Sequence record: PP434429
Direction: 5' to 3' (one strand)
DNA from: Escherichia phage LH01
DNA: 64,000 nt
Shown: positions 18,140 to 26,585 of the stretch, one piece after another
Layout: each line of letters starts with the position of its first letter
Numbering within the stretch: position 1 is the stretch's first letter
The notes under the pieces: generated by a model
Told to the model about the DNA's origin: nothing
Databases searched by the model: none
Seen by the model: only the letters and a program-made list of their open reading frames with translations
Made by a program: the position numbers and the translations under genes

Positions 18140-18790
18140 TTAACCTCGATTCATAAATGCATTAAATATTTGGTCATCAACAGAAATTTCTAATTCGACT
18201 TCAATTGCTTCAACCTTTTCTTCAGGTGGTAATTCGTATCCACACACTACAATTTTTTCATCGATATCAAAATATACAGAAGCAATACGATTAATGTTAC
18301 TTTCAGTTAAGTCTAAATCAACATCAACATCTTTTTGACCTACACTTAAAGGATAACTAATACGAGTTATTTTATTATCTTTAACAAAGAGTCCACCAAC
18401 ATACTCTGTACTACGTTTGAAGTTTACACGTTTCCGAATTGAAAGATATGATACATCTTTACCGTGAGCTCGGCTCATAGGACATAATGAATAACTAGAA
18501 TAAGAGATGTCAAATCCTACGCCTTCAACATGTGCTAGAGTATCATGAGTAAACCAATTATAGTCGTATGCTAAATCCATTAAATTATAATATGTGAAAG
18601 GCACTGGATTAACATCATATGTTGTACCTTTAAAATCTGCCCAGGCAACAATTTCGTTATCTTTAACAATTACAAAAATTACACCAATATGGTATCCGTT
18701 ATTATTTTCATTCGGCGTTATATTATAACATTGTGCATTAGGAAATTTACCATATTTAAATGGTGCGTTTTTGTGCATATAATAAATCAT
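18140..18790 (-). CDS. hypothetical protein
   Basis: about 216 aa; track ORF starts at GTG 18799, the first ATG is at 18790. Confidence 0.5.
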   Translation of the reverse strand: MIYYMHKNAPFKYGKFPNAQCYNITPNENNNGYHIGVIFVIVKDNEIVAWADFKGTTYDVNPVPFTYYNLMDLAYDYNWFTHDTLAHVEGVGFDISYSSYSLCPMSRAHGKDVSYLSIRKRVNFKRSTEYVGGLFVKDNKITRISYPLSVGQKDVDVDLDLTESNINRIASVYFDIDEKIVVCGYELPPEEKVEAIEVELEISVDDQIFNAFMNRG

Positions 18791-18791
18791 A

Positions 18792-19085
18792 TTATTCACC
18801 TGTGATTTCGGTTACGATATCTTTGTTATCGAAATTAGGGTCACAATACAAAACATAGTTGTACTGCATGATACCGCCAGACTTAAGTTGTTCAACAACT
18901 TTATTAACCATATTAGGACGGTCTCGTTTAGTGATGTTCATGATATCAGAGAAGATTTGTTGTTCAACCTCTTCTTGATTTGCAGTCATTGACCACTCAC
19001 AGAGGTCTTTATCATAACCTGCTGTAACTGGAGCCGGTGCACATGATACTGCAAGTAAGATTGCTGCCAATGATAACTTTTTCAT
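18792..19085 (-). CDS. secreted periplasmic protein, Sp (spackle)-like by size and position
   Basis: 97-aa ORF with an N-terminal signal peptide (MKKLSLAAILLAVSCAPAPVTAG); T4 Sp is a similar-size periplasmic preprotein in the 61-41 interval. Confidence 0.5.
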   Translation of the reverse strand: MKKLSLAAILLAVSCAPAPVTAGYDKDLCEWSMTANQEEVEQQIFSDIMNITKRDRPNMVNKVVEQLKSGGIMQYNYVLYCDPNFDNKDIVTEITGE

Positions 19086-19114
19086 TTTAACTCCTTAGTT
19101 GATTTGATAGGACT

Positions 19115-19144
19115 ACTATACTATAGACCATCTATAATGTAAAC
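19115..19144 (-). promoter_or_regulatory. early-type promoter (-35 GTTTAC, -10 TATAGT)
   Basis: minus-strand motif upstream of the 19085 ATG. Confidence 0.4.
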
Positions 19145-19148
19145 AAGT

Positions 19149-19397
19149 TTATTCTTTTTCGCGAATAATAATTACTTGTTGAGGCTGCTGAGCAGATTTC
19201 TTTTCGGCGACGATAGACCAAATTAAAGTTCCAATCCAACCAATCATCGTCCAGTTAAAGAGTAAAGATACAAAGAAGATTGCTGTTGTGCTTTTTGTGC
19301 CACGAATAAGTGCGATTACCCAAGGCAACATGTAAATGATGATTGAACCAATACCTGCGATTAAAACTGCTACTGAACTAGCTACGAATAATTCCAT
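19149..19397 (-). CDS. small inner-membrane protein
   Basis: 82-aa ORF; two hydrophobic helices with GWIGTLIW segment, polar C-terminus. Confidence 0.5.
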   Translation of the reverse strand: MELFVASSVAVLIAGIGSIIIYMLPWVIALIRGTKSTTAIFFVSLLFNWTMIGWIGTLIWSIVAEKKSAQQPQQVIIIREKE

Positions 19398-19458
19398 GTT
19401 AATTTCCTCTTGATTTGTTATGTTTATAGTATCTTGGTTTAACTTTGGTGTAAACCAA

Positions 19459-19827
19459 TTAATTAAATTTGTTTAAACGTTCAATACACTGGACGTAGTT
19501 ATTCGCGATTTGTTTCTGGGTAGGCTCTTTACCAGTTGTTTCAACATAGCGAATAAATGCGATTTCAGTAGCCTGTAGACAATGTTCTTTAACGCGTTGT
19601 TCTTTTGACATAGCTACAGTATCAGAGTCACGATAACGTTGAGCATGAGCATCAGCTTGAATCATTCGATTACCTACAGTAACCGGGTCTTCCACTTCAA
19701 CTTTAGGTTGGTTGTACTGTTTAACATTCGGATTGTAAATCAGTTGGCCAACGTTATTAGGGATAAAACCATGAGCACCACATCCGGTTAATCCAAATAC
19801 CATTGCTAAAGCGATTAATTTTTTCAT
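19459..19827 (-). CDS. lipoprotein
   Basis: start at ATG for MKKLIALAMVFGLTGC (lipobox LTGC) with GAGGAA RBS. Confidence 0.55.
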   Translation of the reverse strand: MKKLIALAMVFGLTGCGAHGFIPNNVGQLIYNPNVKQYNQPKVEVEDPVTVGNRMIQADAHAQRYRDSDTVAMSKEQRVKEHCLQATEIAFIRYVETTGKEPTQKQIANNYVQCIERLNKFN

Positions 19828-19855
19828 TTCAATTTCCTCTATAGTTGATAGGTCT

Positions 19856-19885
19856 ATAGTATCACTACCATAGACCCCTGTAAAC
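19856..19885 (-). promoter_or_regulatory. early-type promoter (-35 GTTTAC, -10 TACTAT)
   Basis: GTTTAC, about 18 nt, TACTAT upstream of the lipoprotein gene. Confidence 0.45.
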
Positions 19886-19897
19886 AATTATTTTATT

Positions 19898-20038
19898 TTA
19901 TTCCTCGTCTTCATGCTCGTAAGCATGTTCTTCAGATTCACGGTCGCAGTCTAAACAAGTCGCATTATCATATGCATCGAAAACAGCTTCGTCTTCATAG
20001 ACGCTACAACCACACACTACACATTCTACTTCTTCCAT
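19898..20038 (-). CDS. small acidic Cys-rich (zinc-ribbon-like) protein
   Basis: 46 aa from internal ATG (MEEVECVVCGC...CLDCD); RBS and spacer nearly identical to the next gene. Confidence 0.4.
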   Translation of the reverse strand: MEEVECVVCGCSVYEDEAVFDAYDNATCLDCDRESEEHAYEHEDEE

Positions 20039-20039
20039 T

Positions 20040-20243
20040 TTAGATTTCCTCTTTACGCCAATCGGATTCAAAAACTTTCTTATCATCAACAAATGCTTCA
20101 ACTAAAGCTTTATTTACTTCAGCAAATTGAGAAGTGGCCCGTAGGATTTGGTCTTTATCAGACACGTCCATGGTAACTTCTTTGGTAAACATATTCCCAT
20201 TTTCAAACCAACCAATAAACAACACTTTAGCCATATTTTCCAT
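20040..20243 (-). CDS. Dmd-like antitoxin candidate
   Basis: 67 aa from ATG for MENMAKVLFIGWF...EVNKALVEAFVDDKKV; size, composition and location between 61 and 41 fit T4 Dmd as I recall it. Confidence 0.45.
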   Translation of the reverse strand: MENMAKVLFIGWFENGNMFTKEVTMDVSDKDQILRATSQFAEVNKALVEAFVDDKKVFESDWRKEEI

Positions 20244-20244
20244 T

Positions 20245-20562
20245 TTAGATTTCCTCACAGAAGGCCCATTCAGCGTGATAAACTGTAGCACCTTTAGTAT
20301 CATTCATTTGAACTACGTCTACCGGAGAAATTACTCGATAGAGACGTGGTTCACCTCCATAAGAGCGTGCTGCTCGTCCTGCATAAATCTTTGCTAAACC
20401 GATATCTTCAGTAAAGAATACACGATCCAAGTTTTTCTTACGTCCAGTTTCAGACAGAACTCCTGTTTCTTCAGGAGGACAAAGCATGTTTTCGATGTTA
20501 GCTGAACTACTTGAACCGTGATAAAAAATCTTAAATTCTGCTTTACAATCGATGGTTTTCAT
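20245..20562 (-). CDS. hypothetical protein with HGS/FFT/E motifs
   Basis: 105-aa ORF; FYHGSSS, RVFFTED and YHAEW segments loosely reminiscent of minimal ART/2'-phosphotransferase-type NAD-binding folds. Confidence 0.5.
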   Translation of the reverse strand: MKTIDCKAEFKIFYHGSSSSANIENMLCPPEETGVLSETGRKKNLDRVFFTEDIGLAKIYAGRAARSYGGEPRLYRVISPVDVVQMNDTKGATVYHAEWAFCEEI

Positions 20563-20588
20563 TTTGTTCTCCAGTAGTTGATAGGTCT

Positions 20589-20617
20589 ATAATAACACAA
20601 CTACTGGAGAAGTAAAC
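20589..20617 (-). promoter_or_regulatory. early-type promoter (-35 GTTTAC, -10 TATTAT)
   Basis: minus-strand motif about 27 nt upstream of ATG 20562. Confidence 0.4.
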
Positions 20618-20992
20618 TTAAAAACGTAATTTAGATATATCTGCGTTGATTTCGTTTTGGTTTGCGTCGTATGCAATTAAACGAACCGCTTTAGATGGGT
20701 CATTCAATGCATAGAAATGATGGAACATTGCTCGAACGATATCACCATTTACGAGTTCTACCTGGATAGGAGAACCTTTTTCGAGTTGGAAATGTTCATA
20801 AGCTTTGATGGTTCGCAGATAATCAAGTTTTTGATTTCCGGCTCCGACAATTTGTACGATACGTTTGCCCATGTTTTCCATACGAGATACAATAGTTTTA
20901 GGGGCAAGAATAACGTAGGTTGCCAGTGGAGAAACTACTTCAACAGTTGTGTTTTCTGTGATTGCAGTAAAAATTGCTTGAGACATATTCAT
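20618..20992 (-). CDS. hypothetical protein
   Basis: 124-aa ORF with ATG start. Confidence 0.5.
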   Translation of the reverse strand: MNMSQAIFTAITENTTVEVVSPLATYVILAPKTIVSRMENMGKRIVQIVGAGNQKLDYLRTIKAYEHFQLEKGSPIQVELVNGDIVRAMFHHFYALNDPSKAVRLIAYDANQNEINADISKLRF

Positions 20993-21021
20993 AATGTTTT
21001 CCTCTTGGTTGGTGTAAGTTC

Positions 21022-21051
21022 ATCATATCATGCCTAGAGGAAGATGTAAAC
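21022..21051 (-). promoter_or_regulatory. early-type promoter (-35 GTTTAC, -10 TATGAT)
   Basis: motif between the gene 41 terminator hairpin and ATG 20992. Confidence 0.4.
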
Positions 21052-21058
21052 CCCGAAA

Positions 21059-21074
21059 GGAGACCGAAGTCTCC
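21059..21074 (-). terminator. GGAGAC(UUCG)GUCUCC hairpin after gene 41
   Basis: perfect 6-bp stem with UUCG loop 7 nt downstream of the gene 41 stop. Confidence 0.35.
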
Positions 21075-21080
21075 TTTTTA

Positions 21081-22523
21081 TTAAAATTTTAGCTCATTGG
21101 CTAAGCTATCTAGGTCAGCACGTGTTGCTTTGGCTTTACCTACGCGTTCCGTACGATTCACCTCTGCCTGACGCATCTGAGCACCTGCGTTTTCATTTAC
21201 GGTGTTAGGTGTGTTCATGCCTTCTTGCTCAATCTCAATCCATTTCTGGTTGCCTTTACGTACACCCATCAGGAATTTATTCCACTTATTCTTATCACCA
21301 TATCGTGATTTGATTTGTTTGATAAGTTGTTGTTCAGCTTGTGCAAGTTCTTCGGTTTCAATTACGGCCAACATGAAATCTGCCGTTGCTGGTAAACCTG
21401 CTGATTCTGCAATATCACTCATGTTCATATCCGAAGCATCCCATGCTGCACGTCCTACTTGAGCTGCAGTCCATAGAACTGTTTCAGATTCTACTGCTAA
21501 TGCACGAAGTTCTTCTGCGATAGCTTTAACTAATGTGTAGCTATTTTCAGTGTAAACTCTGATACGACAAGACCCACAAATACCTAAGTAATCAACCATG
21601 ATTACAGATGGCACAAAGTTCTTCTTGAGTTTCAATTCATTAAGCAATGCACGGAATGTATTAGCATTAGCTCCGCCGGTAGGATACTGTTTAACTACTA
21701 AACGTCCTAATGTGGATTTTGAACGCCATTTTTCCATCTTGGCTTTATATTCAGCATAAGATACGTTACCATCATCAATATCATCAAGTGATACATCAAG
21801 CATGTTTGCATCTATACGCTTAGCGCAAACTTCTTCGGCCATTTCCATGGAAATATAAAGAACATTATGACCTGTTTGAAGATAATCTGCAGCAAGTGAA
21901 CAAAGGCCTAAAGATTTACCAACGTTAACACCCGCCATTAAAACGTTTAGTGTACCGGTTTCGGCACCACCTTTGGTGATTTTATTCAAAATGTTTAATT
22001 TGAACGGGACCTTACGTGCTTTATTTAGATAAGAAAGCCAGCGTGCTTCGTAGTCTTCCATCCAGTCATGTCCAACATAACTATCGAACGAAATTGAAAG
22101 CGCTTGACGCATAATATCAGGAATAGCTCCTACGTCAGGCATTTTCTTGTTACGTTGTTCTGGAGGTAGTTCAGCATTAGACTGAATCTCAATGATTTTG
22201 GATGTAGCATTATACATCGCTTTTTGCTGGACATATTTCTCAGTTTCTTTAACCAGCCATTCATGGTCTTCAGGAGTATCAGCCAATTTTTCAATTAGGT
22301 CTGAAGTTCCTTTATATTCAGCTTCAGTTAAAGAACTGTTATCTAAAGCCACCTTTAATGCATTGATAGATGGCATTGCATTATATTCGTTAACGTGGCT
22401 CTTTATAATTTTAAAGACGTTTTTTGCCGGTCCACGCTCAAAGTAATCAGAATCCATATAAGGCCAGACCTTAGAAAAATAAGCCTGGTCGTATACTAGA
22501 TGAGACAAAATAATTTCTACCAC
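21081..22523 (-). CDS. 41: replicative DNA helicase (DnaB-like)
   Basis: 480-aa ORF; Walker A GVNVGKS, RecA-like core; GTG start preceded by TAAGGAG. Confidence 0.9.
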   Translation of the reverse strand: MVEIILSHLVYDQAYFSKVWPYMDSDYFERGPAKNVFKIIKSHVNEYNAMPSINALKVALDNSSLTEAEYKGTSDLIEKLADTPEDHEWLVKETEKYVQQKAMYNATSKIIEIQSNAELPPEQRNKKMPDVGAIPDIMRQALSISFDSYVGHDWMEDYEARWLSYLNKARKVPFKLNILNKITKGGAETGTLNVLMAGVNVGKSLGLCSLAADYLQTGHNVLYISMEMAEEVCAKRIDANMLDVSLDDIDDGNVSYAEYKAKMEKWRSKSTLGRLVVKQYPTGGANANTFRALLNELKLKKNFVPSVIMVDYLGICGSCRIRVYTENSYTLVKAIAEELRALAVESETVLWTAAQVGRAAWDASDMNMSDIAESAGLPATADFMLAVIETEELAQAEQQLIKQIKSRYGDKNKWNKFLMGVRKGNQKWIEIEQEGMNTPNTVNENAGAQMRQAEVNRTERVGKAKATRADLDSLANELKF

Positions 22524-22532
22524 GATAACTCC

Positions 22533-22895
22533 TTAAAAGAATTTAAATTTTTTCTTGGTTCGTTCATTAAAAGCTTGTTGTACTTGCATTGTAACACATT
22601 TTTCAACGTGTGGTGCAAGTTCTGCTTTTCTGTCCTGGTCAAGAACTGCAAAGTCCATTACGATTTTACCATCAACCCAGTCTAGTTTTGTAATATAGAC
22701 TATATGATGGGAACCGTCTTCAAGTGTAATCAGAATCTCTTGAATGACATTTTCCATTGCTGAACGGACAATTTTAAGAGATTCATTAAACACTCGTTCT
22801 TTGCGAATGTCCTCCCCTTCCAAAGAAGGGGATTCATCAACGATTTCTAGATTTAAATCATCGAGATTATTCATCGAAATCTTCCATTTCGTCAA
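22533..22895 (-). CDS. hypothetical protein at the T4 gene 40 position
   Basis: 120-aa ORF between 41 and uvsX; synteny only. Confidence 0.4.
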   Translation of the reverse strand: MTKWKISMNNLDDLNLEIVDESPSLEGEDIRKERVFNESLKIVRSAMENVIQEILITLEDGSHHIVYITKLDWVDGKIVMDFAVLDQDRKAELAPHVEKCVTMQVQQAFNERTKKKFKFF

Positions 22896-24039
22896 GGTCG
22901 TTTTCTATATCTGCTGCAGACGGAGCATCAGAAGTTTTAACCGGAACTTTAGTTGTTGCTTTGCAATTAATAAGGTCGTTAACAGCGTCATCAACTTCTT
23001 TAATAGACGAGATGGCGCCTAGCTTATATTTCATTTCAATCGCATCACGGAAAGGTTTGTGTTTAAACAAAGGTCCCCAGAATTCTACACAATCAGTAGC
23101 TTTAGCACGCCACGATTTCTCTTCACGAATCATTTCACCTGTTTCTTCGTCAAGGAATTCGCGAGCATACCAACCGGCTTTAGGCTTAACAACAAATCCA
23201 ATTTCAGTTGCCATTTCTAACAAGCCACTGAATGGATCAATACCGCCATCAAAATTAACCGTGATTGGGAAAGTAGATTTCTCTTTAACTGTACGAGATT
23301 TTTCTGCTTTCAACGTGAAGTCATAACCGGTCAATTCTGTACCTTCTTTAACCTGACGTTTAGAGATAAAGAATACAGTGTTAGCAGAGTAAAGAATACC
23401 TGTACCACCACCCATAATCTCTTTAGGATATAGTCCGCCGATTTCCATTGCTGTATGGTTGATTGCAACACATGGAATATCTTTAATAGTCAGATAAGGA
23501 GTCACAATACGGAACAGAGATTTAAGTGCCTTAGCACGAGACATATCACCTACGACTTTCTCGTTCAATGCATCTTCGGTTTCTTTCTTAGATGCAGTAT
23601 TACCGATTGAATCGATAAAGATAATAACTTTATCACCGCGTTCAATAGCGTCAAGCTGATTAGTCATATCAACTTTAAGTTGTTCGACAGATTGAATCGG
23701 AGTATGAACTACACGGTCTAAATCAACACCCATTGAACGAAAATAAGATTCTGAAGCACCGAATTCTGAGTCATAAAACAAACAGATTGCATCTTTATAT
23801 TTCTTCATATACGCTGCAACCATAGTTAGCCCAAACAATGTTTTAAAATGTTTAGAAGGTGCAGCAAAAATAGTCAAGCCTGATTGCAATCCTGCATTCA
23901 GAGCACCACCTAGTGCGATATTCAACATCGGAATACGAGTAGGGACTTCATCACGATTATTAAACAGCTTAGACTTAGTCAAGTCTGCAGTCATTTTAGA
24001 AGTAGAAGCTTTAATCAGACGAGATTTTAAATCAGACAT
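22867..24039 (-). CDS. uvsX: UvsX recombinase (RecA-like)
   Basis: 390-aa ORF; RecA-fold P-loop region and acidic C-terminal tail. Confidence 0.9.
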   Translation of the reverse strand: MSDLKSRLIKASTSKMTADLTKSKLFNNRDEVPTRIPMLNIALGGALNAGLQSGLTIFAAPSKHFKTLFGLTMVAAYMKKYKDAICLFYDSEFGASESYFRSMGVDLDRVVHTPIQSVEQLKVDMTNQLDAIERGDKVIIFIDSIGNTASKKETEDALNEKVVGDMSRAKALKSLFRIVTPYLTIKDIPCVAINHTAMEIGGLYPKEIMGGGTGILYSANTVFFISKRQVKEGTELTGYDFTLKAEKSRTVKEKSTFPITVNFDGGIDPFSGLLEMATEIGFVVKPKAGWYAREFLDEETGEMIREEKSWRAKATDCVEFWGPLFKHKPFRDAIEMKYKLGAISSIKEVDDAVNDLINCKATTKVPVKTSDAPSAADIENDLDEMEDFDE

Positions 24040-24137
24040 TGTATTTTTCCATAGGCATCATTATATTTTACTCATGTTTAAAAGATAAGACGATTATATA
24101 TTAAGGGTTATACAGCATTTAAAACTTTAAATGGCTC

Positions 24138-24686
24138 TTAACGAGCCCATTTGATGATTTCTGTAATCAAACCATTACGTTCGCTTGCATTAAATCCTAT
24201 AACTTTGTTAGCACCATCATGATTAAGTAATTGATATGTTTGGATTTTGTTATGAATTGCAAACTCTTCAAAATGTGAAATGACTGTATTAAAACCGAAT
24301 GAAGACAAAGTAATAAGGTCGTCTTCAAAACTTTCAGTCATTTCGTTACGTGTTAAAATAATTGTGAACACATCATGGTTTTGGCAAAGACGAACATAGT
24401 CCTGTTCATAAACGTCAAGAACCGAGTCCGCATCTTGTCGAATACGCCCATAAACCCAGTTACTAATATATCCACGGTCTAACAGATAAATCTTAGTAGG
24501 GTCTAAATAATTCAACATCGTTTCGAAACAGCCAACTTCATTTCGAGACTTAACATCGAAACGCCCATCAACTGTTCGTTTAGGGAAATCAATCTTTACA
24601 TATCTTTCACTAATTTCCATTATGTCATTAATGAAAGTTGTTTTACCAGCATTATCTGGGCCGTCTACTAAAATAATTTTAGCCAT
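24138..24686 (-). CDS. P-loop nucleoside-monophosphate kinase, thymidylate-kinase-like
   Basis: 182-aa ORF; Walker A GPDNAGKTT and a DRGYIS segment resembling the TMPK DRY motif; ATG lies 1 nt after the upstream stop. Confidence 0.6.
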   Translation of the reverse strand: MAKIILVDGPDNAGKTTFINDIMEISERYVKIDFPKRTVDGRFDVKSRNEVGCFETMLNYLDPTKIYLLDRGYISNWVYGRIRQDADSVLDVYEQDYVRLCQNHDVFTIILTRNEMTESFEDDLITLSSFGFNTVISHFEEFAIHNKIQTYQLLNHDGANKVIGFNASERNGLITEIIKWAR

Positions 24687-24687
24687 T

Positions 24688-25587
24688 TTATTCCTCGATT
24701 ACGACATCTTCGTATTTAGGTATATTATACGGTGAAGAAATTAAAGCATTAAAGTAGATGAACTCACCAAGACCTGGATGGAATACTTCTTCAGGATTTT
24801 CGAAATATTGAATTTTCGGACGTCCTTTAAGAATTTGATAGTACTCAGTTTTAGTTGGTTTAAAAATTCGAATCAGCGCTTCTTCAGGATACTTATTTCT
24901 GTCGAAGCTATTATTTGGATCGGTTATATAAAGCGGTTGACCTAATTGAATTGCACATTCAACCACTTGTTCAAAACGATAACATGGGTCACTAATTCGA
25001 AATGGATGAAAAATACCATCTAGATGAATAGGAGCCAAATCACCTACAAGACGCTGCATGATGGAAGGACGTATAACTTTCTGAGTTACGATAATCTTAT
25101 TACCATCTGCACCGGCGTTAACCAGCACTTCTTTTTGACGTTCATTCAACACAGTAGTTTGAAGTGAACGATTAACCGACAACATATCGGTTTTTAAGAA
25201 TTCGTCAATATAAAAACGTGGTTTATTAGGGTCTGCCGTGATATTGAAATTGAATTCTACATCAAAAGCGCCGTCATATCCAGTGATATCTGTTATTAGA
25301 AAATCACAATCATAATAAGCAATTAATGAATCAACCACAAATTCATTTTCAGACCAGAAATATTTACGAGTGTTATACGCGTTATCTTTATACCATAATG
25401 GAACAAACTTAAATTCTGGGAAAAGACGTTCACATTCTTTAATATCAGATGCATTACGTGGATATGTAATCACATCACCCGGATTAGCACGGTGCAAATG
25501 AAGTTGGAAGTTGCCATCCTTAAGGATAGCATACTGTCCAGTTTCATAAGACCGCATACTCAAGATAGGTACGCGGAAAATAGCCAT
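24688..25587 (-). CDS. hypothetical protein translationally coupled to gene 42 (candidate DNA-modification enzyme)
   Basis: 299-aa ORF whose ATG overlaps the gene 42 stop (TAATG); occupies the locus where T4 has beta-gt; no recognisable motif. Confidence 0.55.
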   Translation of the reverse strand: MAIFRVPILSMRSYETGQYAILKDGNFQLHLHRANPGDVITYPRNASDIKECERLFPEFKFVPLWYKDNAYNTRKYFWSENEFVVDSLIAYYDCDFLITDITGYDGAFDVEFNFNITADPNKPRFYIDEFLKTDMLSVNRSLQTTVLNERQKEVLVNAGADGNKIIVTQKVIRPSIMQRLVGDLAPIHLDGIFHPFRISDPCYRFEQVVECAIQLGQPLYITDPNNSFDRNKYPEEALIRIFKPTKTEYYQILKGRPKIQYFENPEEVFHPGLGEFIYFNALISSPYNIPKYEDVVIEE

Positions 25588-26303
25588 TAGTCAAGGAATC
25601 CTTTAACATAATCAAAATCACGTTCAAACACATGGGCACTTACCATGGTATGAGTATAATCACCAACTTCTACACCACATTCGTTAGCGATATAATGAAG
25701 TAATTTTCCTTGGAGATAAAAATCCAACTGCATAACAACAGCACAGTTCTGAGAACGCATATGACAGTGGGTATAAAGCTTACCATCACGAATATAATAA
25801 GTTACTGAGTCAGTACATGGATATTCAAGTGTTTCGTCCGAATCAAGCAAAGCCTGATCAGAACTTTCTAGAATTTGGAACACAACTCTTCGGGAGTTAG
25901 GCTTCTCTTTAAGTTCTTTTAGAAGAGCTGGTAATTGGGCCGCAATGCGAGGACCATAGAAAGTGTTGAAGTTCGCCGGCAAAACATCTGATTTTGGTTT
26001 AGAAATAAATTTAGCGACATTAGGATATGCCTTAAACGCTTCTTCTGCGTTGGTACCACCAGAAATCATAAACTTCCAGAAGTCTTCGGCATATTCATAA
26101 GAGATGCGGTTAATACGTGGGTCGGTCATTTTGAATGATGATGGAGTGTCAACAACTACTGTCATAGACCCAATTTCATTACAACGTCCAATACGAGAAT
26201 CAGTTACGAATTCGGGGTTTTCTAAAATTTCACGATTGACTGCTTTAAATGCGGTTTGAAAATCTGCGGCTTTGATATATTTCATTGTGTTATGTTTTCC
26301 CAT
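25587..26303 (-). CDS. 42: dCMP hydroxymethylase (thymidylate-synthase fold)
   Basis: 238-aa ORF; TS-like catalytic region EYPCTDS...HMRSQN with Asp where TS has Asn (QLDFY) by my alignment; position between uvsX and 43. Confidence 0.65.
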   Translation of the reverse strand: MGKHNTMKYIKAADFQTAFKAVNREILENPEFVTDSRIGRCNEIGSMTVVVDTPSSFKMTDPRINRISYEYAEDFWKFMISGGTNAEEAFKAYPNVAKFISKPKSDVLPANFNTFYGPRIAAQLPALLKELKEKPNSRRVVFQILESSDQALLDSDETLEYPCTDSVTYYIRDGKLYTHCHMRSQNCAVVMQLDFYLQGKLLHYIANECGVEVGDYTHTMVSAHVFERDFDYVKGFLD

Positions 26304-26345
26304 GTTTACCTCAATACAATTTATTATATACTCAATTCATAAAGC

Positions 26346-26585
26346 TTATTTGAATTTCTTGGCAATGTTGATATAACGTAAAGCTTCAGAATCTATACTT
26401 CCAAGAACACTATGAAGGAATGCATCAGTGTAGTATTCCAATTGAACAGGTTCTTTAATCACTTTAGCCGCTTTGGTTTCAAACAGGCCCATAAGGGCCT
26501 TTTTAAGAATTTGTTCGTTAGTGTTCAGTTTCATAGTCAAAATCTCTTTGTTAAGTTTATAATTAAAACTTTTTCTAGAAATCAT
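26346..26585 (-). CDS. hypothetical small protein
   Basis: 79-aa ORF from the track. Confidence 0.35.
   Translation of the reverse strand: MISRKSFNYKLNKEILTMKLNTNEQILKKALMGLFETKAAKVIKEPVQLEYYTDAFLHSVLGSIDSEALRYINIAKKFK

Noticed and set aside
26323-26345. MotA-type middle promoter upstream of gene 42 (AAGCTTTAT, 11 nt, TATAAT)
   Set aside because: The box lacks the conserved T of TGCTT and overlaps a stop codon; too weak to list as a feature, though a -10 TATAAT is present.
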